DNA from: Macrostomum lignano
Lineage: Eukaryota
Assembly: GCA_002269645.1 (NCBI GenBank)
Contig: NIVC01001550.1
Coordinates: forward strand, 186,001 to 250,000
Direction: 5' to 3'
Length of the DNA: 64,000 bases
Positions 1 through 13,359 of this stretch are shown in pieces (the first letter of the stretch is position 1; each line of letters begins with the position of its first letter). The position numbers and the translations under genes were made by a program. The notes below the pieces were generated by a model that saw only the letters and a list, made by a program, of their open reading frames with translations, was not told the DNA's origin and searched no databases.

Positions 1-250
1 GCTCTCTCCGCCCCCTGACCTCCGCTCTCTCCGCCCCCTGACCTCCGCTCTCTCCGCCCCCTGACCTCCGCTCTCTCCGCCCCCTGACCTCCGCTCTCTC
101 CGCCCCCTGACCTCCGCTCTCTCCGCCCCCTGACCTCCGCTCTCTCCGCCCCTGACCTCCGCTCTCTCCGCCCTCTGACCTCCGCTCTCTCCGCCCCCTG
201 ACCTCCGCTCTCTCCGCCCCCTGACCTCCGCTCTCTCCGCCCCCTGACCT
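1..250. repeat. 23-bp minisatellite GCTCTCTCCGCCCCCTGACCTCC
   Basis: About 11 tandem copies; runs off the window start. Confidence 0.95.
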
Positions 251-964
251 CTTTGCCTCCTGCTGTGTCTGCCTTCCGACACCCGCTTCCAACTACAGAA
301 AAATAGATTAAATAAAATGAATTAAAATGCCTCGATGCAGACTTACGTGCTACGAATGAGCTCCGTGGCCAAGTATTGAATGATTGACATGCCCGCTGCT
401 TACCTGCAGTTTGCATGGAACTTATCTTTTAAAATACACCTGAAAAACTGTTCTACACCTAAGAAAAACTGTTTGCAAGCAGGGCAGTCTGCTCAGAAAT
501 AGTTGCTGCATATGGGGGTTAAATTGCGAGAGTAAATATATATATCTTTATCCCTAAGAGCGATCAGATAAGTTATATCGAGTATAGGAGAGCTGAGCAC
601 ACGAGTGTCCACAACCGTGATCGAGTCTGCTGGTTGGCCAAGCCCCCAAGCACTCGAGAGCAGACAGCCAAGTCACTCACAGTCAGTCACTGTGAATGAC
701 AGTAGCAAATTGCACGTGCAGGGGATCTTCTGGGCATGACACCATAGCACTGAACATCAAGTTGGATTGGAACTGTAACACGCGTAATCTGGTGCTATTT
801 TACCCCAAACTTGCATGTATTGAGAGTCCCTAACTTAATACTACATGTACCTAAACTTTGAGTTCTATAAGTTACATATGTATTGTCTGAACTTTTAGTT
901 ATAATAGAAAACTGCCATGTACACCACGTATTTTACCGAAACTTGAGTCCCACTCAGCTCTCTG

Positions 965-1235
965 CTCTCTCCGCCTTCCGACCTCCGCTCTCTCCCTATC
1001 CGACCTCCACTATCTCCCTATCCGACCTCCACTATCTCCCTATCCGACCTCCACTATCTCCCTATCCGACCTCCACTATCTCCCTATCCGACCTCCACTA
1101 TCTCCCTATCCGACCTCCACTATCTTCCTATCCGACCTCCACTATCTTCCTATCCGACCTCCACTATCTCCCTATCCGACCTCCACTATCTCCCTATCCG
1201 ACCTCCACTATCTTCCTATCCGACCTCCACTATCT
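965..1235. repeat. 22-bp minisatellite TCCGACCTCCACTATCTCCCTA
   Basis: About 12 copies; explains ORF 883-1254. Confidence 0.95.
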
Positions 1236-2902
1236 TACATGTTTACATGTATAGTGTAATTGACGCTCATCATGAGAGGCCCAACCCCAAAGGCACAACA
1301 CAGAGTTACCATGTGTGAGCGTGTGGGTTCTCAAGAATCAGCGAGATGGGCCTGACTGCTTGCCTCACCAGTGGCTGCGGGTGAATTATCGCCTTTAATC
1401 TTTGCCAACTACATGTATAACTACTTATAATCAGTGAGCTCTGGGCCCCAAAAAAGAAGCAAGCCAGCAAGCCAAAACAGGAAAACCTGTGCCATTGTTT
1501 GTGTGAATAATTTGCTAGGTAAAAAACGGAGCATTAACAAATTTGAAACTGAGCAATTTCTGCTTTCAGGCCTGGTTGGCTGGCCAACTCTCAGTGTATT
1601 TATTAATAACTAGCACCTGCTGGGGAAGAACGGCAATTGAATAACAGTGATTATCAGAACAGCTGGACAGGTGAGAAAAATCAAACAGAATGGCCACGCG
1701 GATTGCGGAAGCAGATCGGATTTGTTGATGCAGGAACAATGGGAAACTGCAGAGTGATGGAGAGGGGCTTAATAGCTAATTGTGTGCCACTTTTTATTAG
1801 TCTCAAAATTTTTGTACATAAAAAGGTGAGCAATAGTAATAATAACAATAATAAATAGTAAAAACAGAAAAACGGTATGATTTTTATACACAAACTCAAC
1901 AGAAATTGCTGGCCACCAAATTATGAAGAAGAACAATAATATTGATAAACGGCCTGCAATTCATAATGCACAACACGGATATGCTATAATACGAAACCGA
2001 ACGAGAGGCAGGCGGGCAAGAGAAGTATTTTGTTAAAAAATAAATATTTTATTATGTAAAATGAGCGGGGCTGCGACGCATCAGAAATTGCTACAATTAC
2101 AGCTAGAATTTAGAGCAGTTATTACAGATTAATTCCAGATTAAAAGCAAAAATAAACGCGGCCGCGCATACTACTAACTATACTACTACTAGCGGAAATC
2201 AGTAGTGACAATGGAATTTGAATGCGGAGAAACAAAAAAACAGAAAAATGAAATAAACTGAAAAAAACCGAAACTGCCGGTGGCTTCTTTGCTTCAAACG
2301 AAAACGTTAGGAGACACAACAAAAAAGCGAAGGCCAAAAAAGCAGCGCCAAAATTGGACAATGCATCCCTGCAGAAGCAGACGAATGGGGAAGAGGGAGC
2401 AGCGACAGGATAGGGAGCGGAATTAGCTGCTTTCAAGAAGAATTGAGCCCAAACAACATATTTGCCACTGTGACGAGTTACAGGTGTCAATTTAACAATT
2501 TAAAAAATAGAAAAAATGATAGGCCATGAAAATGCCAGAAAACACACTAGATAATAGAGTTAAATATAAGCTTGAATGCAGAAGAACAAAAATTTGAGAG
2601 CAGATTTCAAGCTGAAACAAATTCTTTGTCTAATTTATGAATGAAATTATCGACTAAATTGAATTAGCTAAAATCAATAATTTTTAATATTCATTGGCGC
2701 AGCACTTTAATAGAAGGCTATATGGAGTGATAACGGTCTGGCTTTAATATAATATAGTGAGACAGGTGAGATGCGTGCTATTATCAGTTTATTGCCAATA
2801 ATTATTATTTTCTGTTCTTTTCCAAACACACAAAAAACTCGCTTGCTCTACTAACAGTAGGCTAAATGTATATAAAAGTGTTTCAACATGCTCGATTTCA
2901 TT

Positions 2903-5900
2903 TCAAGCCACAGGCGAGGGCAGCTGCGGCGGCACCCGGGGCATGCAGAACCAGGTGGCCAGGCCGGCCAGCACCAAGTCCTCCTGTATGCAGCGCCAGT
3001 GCGGGGCGCCAGGCTCCCGGCTGTACAGGTACACGCATGGCTGCCAGGTGTGATTGTAGTACACTACCTGGCATTTCAGCCGGCGGCCCGCCAGAAAGCG
3101 GCTCTGGATGATGGCGCTAAGCGACTCCAGCTGGGCGTCGGCGCTCTGGTCGGGGCGGAGCAGCGGCGTCACGTAGGCCAGGTGACCTTCGACAGCTTGG
3201 AATGGCAGGTGCATCATCTCCGTGCTGGAAGGTTGCCAGGGTGAATGGGTTTTGGGAATTGACCGCCAATTGGGATTATTGAAGAATTGGGGTTTGAAGG
3301 GCTATGTCTAGGGATATTGATGTCTAGAGACTTAGGGGTATTTATATCTAGACTTGGGGATATTGATATCTAGAGACTTGAGGACACTGATATCTAGAGA
3401 CGCGAGGACACTGATATCTAGAGACTTGGGGATATTGATATCTAGAGACTTGGGGATATTGATATCTATAGACTTGGGGATATTGATATTTAGACACTTG
3501 AGGACACTGATACATAGAGACTTGGGGATATTGATATCTAGAGACTTGGGGATATTGATATCTATAGACTTGGGGATATTGATATCTATAGACTTGGGGA
3601 TATTGATATTTAGACACTTGAGGACACTGATATATAGAGACTTGGGGATATTGATATCTAGAGACTTGGGGATATTGATATCTAGAGACTTGGGGATATT
3701 GATATCTAGAGACTTGGGGATATTGATATCTATAGACTTGGGGATATTGATATCTAGACACTTGAGGACACTGATATATAGAGACTTGGGGATATTGATA
3801 TCTAGAGACTTGGGGATATTTATATCTAGACTTGGGGATATTTATATCTAGACTTGGGGATTTTGATATCTAGAGACTTGAGGACACTGATATCTAGAGA
3901 CGCGAGGACACTGATATCTAGAGACTTGGGGATATTGATATCTAGAGACTTGGGGATATTGATATCTAGAGACGCGAGGACACTGATATCTAGAGACTTG
4001 GGGATATTGATATCTAGAGACTTGAGGACACTGATATCTAGAGACGCGAGGACACTGATATCTAGAGACTTGGGGATATTGATATCTAGAGACTTGGGGA
4101 CATTGATATCTAGAGCCAAATCGAACAGCTCACCGAATCTGCCTGAGCTTTCCCACCGGCATCTGCTCGTAGCCACCCCAGTCTAAGAACTTCATCAGCA
4201 CCGAGTCGCTCTCCGGGAACACGTCGGCTATGATTGCCCGATGCCAGATGTTCTCGCCGTCGTCGCCAACAGCGGCGCTGGGCGCAACGCAAACTGCGCC
4301 GGGATTCACCGGCCGTGGCAGCGGCGGCACGGCGGCCGACTGCTGGCCGGAGGAGGCGTAGTGACGCCGGACAGCGCCGTCCATCTTGGCCAGCTGCTGG
4401 TAGGTTGGGTGGCCGGGCTGCTGCAGGAACAGGGTGGTACCAAAGCAGGCGGCCGACACCACAACATCGACGTGGACAGCGTCCGGGAGGGTTAGCTGGC
4501 GAAAAATTGAGTGTAGGAAACAGTAAGATCGATTTTTATTACCTTGAAGTACTCGTACTCGAATCGGAGATTTAGAATCTAGAGCTTCCCCCCGTAGTTG
4601 AGCAGTAAAGCATGGCTATGTATAATTTTATATGGCAGGCACTGCGGACCAGAGGGGGTCACCTGCCCCCCGGCATCAAGATTATTGCCCGACTGCAATG
4701 TGGGAGCCATACAGGAGGTTAATGGGGTCACTTGCCCCCCCTGATATTTGAGATTATTGCCTGGTTGCAATGGGGGAGGCGTACAGGAGGTCAAGGGGGT
4801 CACCTGCCCTCTGGCACCTAACCATAGAAATGAGCAATTTTTTATTACTAGATAAGCGCAGTGGCTTATTTCAACGGGTCAGACGAGGTTTTCAGGCTGT
4901 TGTAACTTTGTAGGAAAGTAAAAACACAAAAGCGAAATCATTAAGCGTGATTCAGCTTCCTGCCACTGGCAGAACAGTAATTCTAAACTGGAGAGAGAGA
5001 GAGAGAGCAGAGCAAAAGCCCCGTCCACTGACCCGGCCGTGCGAAAAGTTTAAAAAGCCGATTTCCGGTCATAATCCAGGCCTTAGCCAGCACATACGCT
5101 ACCTCTAGTGCGGTAAGGAGGCCGGAGGGGTGAGTAAGGATAGGAATCGAATTTCAGAGCTTCGTTATGAAATCTATAAACAGCCCTCTATCAAACAATA
5201 ATTTAGCAGTTTAATTGCTAAGGTGTTACCTGCCAACCAAAACCCCAATCCAGCCTTAGAGACCCAAAAAGTGTGGACAAGCGGGAGCAGGCAGACAGGT
5301 GCCCGGGCGGGCCCAGTCATCAACGAGACTCTTCTTTGGGGGGGGGGCAACATGGGAACACGCGGGGCTAGAGACAGGCCGACAACAAAGGGGCCACACC
5401 GCCCAGGGCTTTGAGTTCGGTTTGCCCCTAGGGGGGGGGATATCTTGATATCTATGGTATAGGCAGGAGTCGCGCAACTCAAACCATGGGAAAGAGATAA
5501 AAGATAAGGCTGTATTATATATATTCATACTCATATGAACTGTACATACAGACACAAAAGATTCCGAGTTCAGTAGGCAGAGATTTCGCAAGAAGAATAC
5601 AAACAAACTGGAACCCCTAGCCCGCCGCCCAGTCAGTCAGCGTTGACAGGAAGCTAATATAAATGATTTAAACCTGACTAACTAATAAGCAAAATCTCGG
5701 TCAACGAAGGCTTTGTCTAGGTGCAAGCAAAAACAGGCCAGAGCGCGCGCGGAGAGAACACTTCAGAAATCACCTTAATCAACCATGGCGTTCCAAGACC
5801 TGTTCTTAGGACTCCATGAAATCTTCTCTGTAATTCATAGTTCAGTTGGAAGCATCAGGAATTGTACATAATTACTGCTTAAATTTATCAGCTAGCAACT

Positions 5901-8858
5901 CTGTAACTGTAACTGAACTACTATCAAACCGGGTCGATATCATACTACCGAAATTTCGGTCTTTATGAAGGCCGCAAATCAAACCACAGGGCGATGGTCA
6001 CAGCTACAAATTCATTTTAAGAGAACGACGAACAGAACAAGAAGCCGAAACCTCGCATTGTAAAACTATTCAGCAGTTACTAACTTTAACTTATACTATT
6101 CTGCCCGAATTTTTTTTACAGCAAAAAGACAAGCCGGTAAAATTCTTTCTTTCTTTTGCTATCTGGGGGCCTTGAAGAGGCAGAAAAATAGACCCCCCTG
6201 CTGTTCGTAACGAAGCGCGACAGGCCTGCACTTGCCCCCTCTGCCTATCTTATCTAACCCTCTCCGAACTTTGAAGCTTAAGCGGCATTTCTGTGTCAGT
6301 TTTTGAATCGTTCTACAGGCAAAAAAGCCAACAGAACAGGCGCGTGTGCGTGCGTAATGGCGCGACTGTGCACACAGTGAGTGCGTCAGTGCGTGCAACC
6401 CGGCATTAATGCTAGAAGCCTAACAAAAGATTTGTGGAGCAGGAGCAGAGACTTGAGGCTCCTGAGCAAACAGACTAGATAACAGACCAACAGTGGAACA
6501 GTTTCTCTGTTGCCCGAGAATTTATGAGCTCAACTTCACCTGTCCTCGCTATCAGTAAGCCATATCTTGAAACCTTTGCACAGAGTCAAAGTCTAAAATT
6601 ACCGTCCGATATTTCGCTTATCTCAGATATTGAATCACCGCTTTAGCTTCTTTTTATCATTCATAAACAAAAATCTTTATCAAACTACTCTTCGACTTGG
6701 TTCCGTTGAATGCGGGGCACCCACCCTGTCTCATATCTAAGGTAGGGGGTTGGCAGTGATAATAAATCAAATGCGCCGCTTCAATAAGCAGCCAGAGGGG
6801 GCCACTGTTCAGTTTATGACAAGCTGCACATAGAAGGTCAAAGCCCGCATTAACTTAGGCGGGGGGACCAGTTAATTACATTCCGACACCTGGACTGGGT
6901 CTCTGTTTTAACTAGTTCGTTTGGAACTTAAAATAAATAACAGAGCGTCAGGGTAGGAGGCAGTGCGCTTTAAACAAGCCGCCCCCCCCCTGCCACCTCC
7001 TACACTTTTGATCGGGCTGACTGGCGCCACAGTTCTCTAGGCACCAGGATTGCCTGCCTGCCTGCCTGCACCCTGCCGCGCATGAACGGGCGGCACAGAA
7101 CTTTTCCGTCATGGGAAAATACAGCTAGATAAACATCTATAATAGCATGGAAAACTCTGACAGCGCTTTGGGTGTGCTACTTTGGCAGGATTGTATTGGG
7201 TCTCAGGGCGGAATTTACTACTTTTTCCTTAGAATTGCGGATAACCTATTCAACTATTTGGCTTTGTGCAAGTCGGCCCACTCTGAGGGCCTGGGAGGGC
7301 GGGCCAGTCTGAGGATCTGGGAAAATAGCGGTGGTCTGAGGACTTGCGTGGCTCAGCAACTGAGGATCTTGGAGTGGGAGGCTGACCCAGCAACTGAGGA
7401 TCTGGGTAGGTGACCCAGCAACTGAGGATCTGGGTAGGTGACCCAGCAACTGAGGATCTGGGAGGGTGGCTCAGCAACTGAGGATCTGGGAGGGTGGCTC
7501 AGCAACTGAGGATCTGGGTAGGTGACCCAGCAACTGAGGATCTGGGTAGGTGACCCAGCAACTGAGGATCTGGGTAGGTGACCCAGCAACTGAGGATCTG
7601 GGTAGGTGACCCAGCAACTGAGGATCTGGGTAGGTGACCCAGCAACTGAGGATCTGGGTAGGTGACCCAGCAACTGAGGATCTGGGTAGGTGACCCAGCA
7701 ACTGAGGATCTGGGTAGGTGACCCAGCAACTGAGGATCTGGGTAGGTGACCCAGCAACTGAGGATCTGGGAGGGTGGCTCAGCAACTGAGGATCTGGGAG
7801 GGTGGCTCAGCAACTGAGGATCTATGAGGGTGGCTCAGCAACTGAGGATCTGGGAGGGTGGCTCAGCAACTGAGGATCTGGGAGGGTGACCCAGCAACTG
7901 AGGATCTGAGAGGGTGGTTCAGCAACTGAGGATCTATGAGGGTGGCTCAGCAACTGAGGATCTGGGAGGATGGCACTGTCTAAACTAAACAAGCTATAAA
8001 CGCGCAGCATCTGAGAATGGATAGGGTTACATATTGATGATGGAAAAATCATAATTCTTAAGGAAATCTACAGCTATCATCTTTTTCTAAAAAGCAACAA
8101 ACCAAACTATAAACTAACCTGGCACATGGTGGGCTGCAGGGCTGGATTGCGGTGAATTGGCACGGCAGTGTTGATTGGCTTCACGTCGAGCTCGGGAATC
8201 GCTTCTTAATCACCTGCAGAGCGCACTTGACGCATTCCACTGGTCCTGCGAATGGGTTTGGTGGTAATAAATTTAATAAACTGCTTGAAAATTATTAGAA
8301 ACGAACACACGAAACATAATTAACACTCAAGCACAACAGACCCTTACCTCGAACATTAACAACTTGAGTTTTCTTATCGAAGAAATTGCGGCTGATCCAC
8401 ACAGAGGCGCCGGACTTGGCCCGGATGTAGTTAATATTACGGCCTCGGGTGCCAACCATGGAGCCGCCCAGCCTGTTGGGGATGAGGAACTGGTGCACTA
8501 CATCATTCTCATCCCCCGGAACTGGGGAGACACCGCGGACTGGCAGAGACGAGTCGCACTTGTCAGTTGACTTTTTAGCTTCACCGCTGACAGCAGTGGC
8601 GGCGGCAGCTGTGGCACAGGGACTACGAGGGTCAGTGTCCACACTGGAAGGCCTGCCGCTGTCATCAGCATCTGACTCCGACTTGGCCTGATTGCCAATT
8701 GATTTATTACTGTCCCCACTGCTGCGTCGACAGTCAATGCGCAGCTTATTGCTGTTATTAGCCTTTCCATCAGAGCTATAGTTCTTGTTCTCCAATGATT
8801 GGTCATTGTTGTTCTCACTCTGCTGAACTGCTGTGCTTAATGACCGCTGCTCAGACAT
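2903..8858 (-). CDS. AKAP1: AKAP1/spoonbill-like KH + Tudor RNA-binding protein (4 coding exons seen)
   Basis: Exons 8348-8858, 8119-8245, 4134-4495 and 2903-3224 join in frame at GT-AG sites. KH: HQFLIPNRLGGSMVGTRGRNINYIRAKSGASVWIS. Tudor: QQPGHPTYQQL...WHRAII...KFLDWGGY...LRQIRTEMMHLPFQA. The C-terminal LVLAGLATW matches the remembered AKAP1 pattern (HPTF...YVDYGGY...LRQIRSDFVTLPFQG...LVERGLAQW). The 5' end is uncertain. Confidence 0.85.
3305..4113. repeat. 24-bp minisatellite TCTAGAGACTTGGGGATATTGATA filling an AKAP1 intron
   Basis: About 33 copies with two variant units. Confidence 0.95.
4645..4815. repeat. Degenerate ~70-bp repeat (GGGGTCACCTGCCCC core, 3 copies of the core)
   Basis: Core recurs at ~4656, ~4724 and ~4796. 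Confidence 0.6.
7345..7966. repeat. 28-bp minisatellite CAGCAACTGAGGATCTGGGTAGGTGACC
   Basis: About 22 copies in an AKAP1 intron. Confidence 0.95.
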
Positions 8859-11800
8859 TGCTATAACTTGAAATGGGATGATTTAAGTCCAATAAAAGCT
8901 TTGATTTGAAGCCTGTTGTGTCAAGGTTCAGTTGTGCACTTTAGAAGTATTTGTTGTTGCTGCAATAGAGCAATATTGCTTGCTGGCTTGCATGCAAAAA
9001 ACAAATAATTTATCAAAATTAAAAAAATATAATATTATCTAATCTAATATAATCTAGTTATGGTTATTGTAAAAAGCCTGAAGTGACTAATTAGAAGAAA
9101 TTAAACTTAAGTTAGAGGTAAATGTGAAAAATAATTAGCTATGTCTTTTAAAAAGGACCGAAAAAGATAAAATTAGAAAACAAAAAAGAATTAGAGCACC
9201 GTCTATCTAGGTTTTTTGAGCAGTGTGTGTAATATATATTATGCACCCTAAGTTTTGAAATTACACCCTAAAATTGAAAAAGTGGGTGTGGTTTAGTTTA
9301 GGTGTGGTCTCATTACCTATTTTTCCTTTTAAGCCTTATTTGCACTGCCTTAACATAAGAAAAAAGAGAAATTGTACTTTGAGCCTAAAGTTGCACCTTG
9401 AAATTAGGCATAGAGTGCAATTTTGTACCTTGTCTTGGGAAAAAAACCAGCTGTCTATAAATTTGTTTTCCATATAATAGCTTGATATAACTTTAAGCTA
9501 TTACCCCATATTGTCATTGTGTCAACTTGCTTGACCTTTTTTATAGATTATAGATATATATAATTTAAATAATTACTCATGTTATTTTTACAATACCAAA
9601 ATCTAAAAATCCTTAATAATTTATAATATTAATTAATCGAATAACTAATAACTAAAGTTACTACTAATAACTAATATTATTTATATTTGTATAGGCATAA
9701 TTATAATATTAGCCTAATAGAATATTGATATTTATAAAATTTGCTTATTAAAGTATTTTTAAAATGTCTAGGCCTAGTTAACAAATAATGTCAATACAAA
9801 AAATAATAGAAAGACTAGGGCCTAGGTTTAAAATTAGGCTTTGCGATAATCAGATATACTAAAAATGAAAATTAACATAATTAAGATTAAACAAGTAAAA
9901 AATCTCCTAAAATAAAAATAACTAAGTAGAAATACTAGGCCCTACATTGGTTACAGTTGGAAATCTAGACATTTTTGAACAGAGGGTGCAGACTACTACT
10001 AGGCCTAAAGTGCATGTTTATACATATCATGTCATGTCATGTATATGTTTATATACCTGATAATGTGTATTTTCCATAAAAAATATAAATAATCTAACTT
10101 TACAAGGGGTTGTGCACCCCCTCTAAATCTGCTACTGATTGGTTAAAAAAACCTTTAAGCTATACTTTATTTAAGAAATATGTAGGAAATAAATGGAGGA
10201 AAATGAAAGGAAATAAAGGGAAATACTGTTTAGATTAGGCTACTAGGGTGTCGGGCAAGGGGTTAGTAAGGAAGCGCCTTAACCCTTGAGGTTTATGAAC
10301 TAGCGATTTAGGATTATTTTAGCCTTATTATATTTATATATGGATGGTTATAATTTTTAACTGCAATATAATAGCTATAGCCCATAGGACTGAAAAGGTT
10401 AGGCAAGCTAAGCTTGGACAACAGTAGGCTAAAATAAAATACCTGCTGCTGTGTATATATAATTAAAAAAAGAAACAAGTGACATGTCGCAAGTCCAAAA
10501 GTGCTCGTCTGTTAGAGAATGAACACGTTTCATAGGGCCTAGTTTATACATAAGGTGTTTTTAAAGCGTGCAGACCACATGACGATGCATGCAACCAATC
10601 ACAGAATGAAAGAAATGTCATTGGCCAAAGCTTGTAAGAATTTTTGTCGGTTTGTCGACGAAACATTTCATTAGAGAGTCTCAAGCGTAATGTATAAACA
10701 TTTTTGCGTTTTGTTATTTTACGTGATATATTGAATCTAAAATTCCAGGCATTTTCTGCACTCCTAGAGAACTTCAGTTCCCCGTAGTCATAAGAAGAAT
10801 TTCTAGACTAAATGTAGATGGACACTAAACTAGGAAATAAAGAAAATAGTGCATCCAAAATTGTTAAATCCAGATCAGAGTTCCAAGAATGTAACTAACT
10901 TTTTTATAATTTTCTGCAAAGATAGGAATCTGGCTAGTTAGAGTCCAATTATTTTTATCGCTTTATTGATAGTTTATTCGTTTTTAAAAATAGGACTAAG
11001 CTTTTCACTCAAGGTTTACATGTACTCAAGGACCACTGAATTCACTTCGTTAAACTTCTTCTTGTATCCTTGCATGTACATTGCACATAAAATGCACGCT
11101 TGTGAATTCGATGCATTAGCCTACATGTACAAACTTCATGGTACAGAATTAATTAGTTTTGAATTATTATAAAAGCTTGTTGGCAAACACTAATCTTCCT
11201 TTGCCATGTCAGTTGACCTCACTTGGGATTTTAAAGGCTGATCTACTAGCTGAAGAAAAAATATGATTACATTATTTTATTTTATGAAAAAGCTACTGAA
11301 AATATTATATTTTAAAAGAAGAAAGAATTGCAAGTGAAGCAAACTATAGAAGTGTGTAACAATACTGCTAGTGGTCATTGACATGTACATGATATAATAC
11401 TTAATTGTATGAGATTTATAACAATCAGTCCTTGATTTACATCATGTACTGTTGGTCTCCCTTGGGTGAATAATCGACAAGTCCTATATCACAGGCCAAT
11501 CCTAACTGTACCATTAAAGTGTATATTAAATAAAAAATTTAACAACTGCAGTTACTGTCTGCCTTTCCGCCAGCTGCACCCAAGGTCTTCTGGACTATAT
11601 ATAGTCTAGTAGAAAGTCCTTGACTGCACCCTGCAGGCGGCCCGCCTATTAATTATTTGGAACCCTCTGCAAGCCTGCTAGGGCTCGTCCAGTTAACGGC
11701 AACTCACAGCCACTTGCGTAAAACATGTATTTATACAATTGCGCTCTTTCTGCGTACATGTAATTACACCCTACTATATTGTTTCTCTGCACTGCACATC

Positions 11801-11986
11801 TTCAATACGTACATGTGTATGCACTCTACCGCTGCTGCATGCACATCTACAATATGTACTCTACCGCTGCATATCTACAATACATGTACAGTATGTACTC
11901 TAAAGCTGCACGATCTGTTGCATCCATGACCGACTAGCACAGTGTCGTGGACGTGTACATACTCTGTATGAAGACGGGAGCACGAG

Positions 11987-12830
11987 AATTGCCCGCAGGA
12001 GAATTGCCCGCAGGAGGTTTGCCCGCAGGAGATTTGCCCGCAGGAGGTTTGCCCGCAGGAGGTTTGCCCGCAGGAGAATTGCCCGCAGGAGGTTTGCCCG
12101 CAGGAGGTTTGCCCGCAGGAGGTTTGCCCGCAGGAGGTTTGCCCGCAGGAGAATTGCCCGCAGGAGATTTGCCCGCAGGAGGTTTGCCCGCAGGAGATTT
12201 GCCCGCAGGAGATTTGCCCGCAGGAGGTTTGCCCGCAGGAGATTTGCCCGCAGGAGGTTTGCCCGCAGGAGATTTGCCCGCAGGAGAATTTCCCAGGAGT
12301 TTTGCCCGCAGGAGAATTGCCCGCAGGAGAATTGCCCGCAGGAGAATTTCCCAGGAGTTTTGCCCGCAGGAGAATTGCCCGCAGGAGAATTGCCCGCAGG
12401 AGAATTTCCCAGGAGTTTTGCCCGCAGGAGAATTGCCCGCAGGAGAATTGCCCGCAGGAGAATTTCCCAGGAGTTTTGCCCGCAGGAGAATTGCCCGCAG
12501 GAGAATTGCCCGCAGAAGAATTGCCCGCAGGAGAATTGCCCGCAGGAGAATTGCCCGCAGGAGAATTGCCCGCAGGAGAATTGCCCGCAGGAGAATTGCC
12601 CGCAGGAGATTTGCCCGCAGGAGAATTGCCCGCAGGAGAATTGCCCGCAGGAGAATTGCCCGCAGGAGGTTTTCCCGCAGGAGAATTGCCCGCAGGAGGT
12701 TTGCCCGCAGGAGAATTTCCCGCAGGAGAATTGCCCGCAGGAGGTTTGCCCGCAGGAGAATTTCCCGCAAGAGAATTGCCCGCAGGAGAATTGCCCGCAG
12801 GAGAATTGCCCGCAGGAGATTTGCCCGCAG
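11987..12830. repeat. 15-bp minisatellite GCCCGCAGGAGAATT
   Basis: About 55 copies, with a degenerate tail to ~13000; explains five spurious long ORFs. Confidence 0.95.
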
Positions 12831-13359
12831 TGCATTTTGGCCGTGAGCGAATTGCCCATCGAGTTTTCCCCGCCGAACTTTTCCTGCCGAACTTTGCTCG
12901 CAATGCTTTTTCTTGCAGAACATTTAGCCACGTTGCAGGGGTCCATGAGAATTGCCCGCCGAGCTTTACCCGCCAAGTTTTGCCCGCAATGCTTTTTTCC
13001 TAACACCGCATTTAGCCACACGGCAGATTTTGTCTGCATTGCCTTTAGTAAGTCTTAATAAAGAGATTTACCCGATCAAAACATCTTGATAGTAACTGCA
13101 TATCAAATTCATTTTTTTGTAATATTCAGTTTTTCATGTATATACGAGAACATGCAGGGGTACATCGGTGAGCTATTAATTCATGCCGTGTCGCTTTGTT
13201 CCCCAAATCTCTTTATTAAAACTTACGCGGACGAAGCATTGGGGGGAGGGGGCTGATTGCATTTGATTGGGGCAGTGAAGATTACCATTTTTTAATTTAG
13301 TATGTTTTACGCTCCAACATTAATGTTATACGAGGGGCGAGCTTCGTATAGCTGTGAAA

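Noticed and set aside
340-410. Possible minus-strand small exon (KQRACQSFNTWPRSSFVA)
   Set aside because: The donor is plausible, but there is no partner exon or homology within the window.
11875-13058. Long ORFs (230-380 aa) on both strands
   Set aside because: They are translations of a 15-bp tandem repeat that lacks stops; no protein signal.
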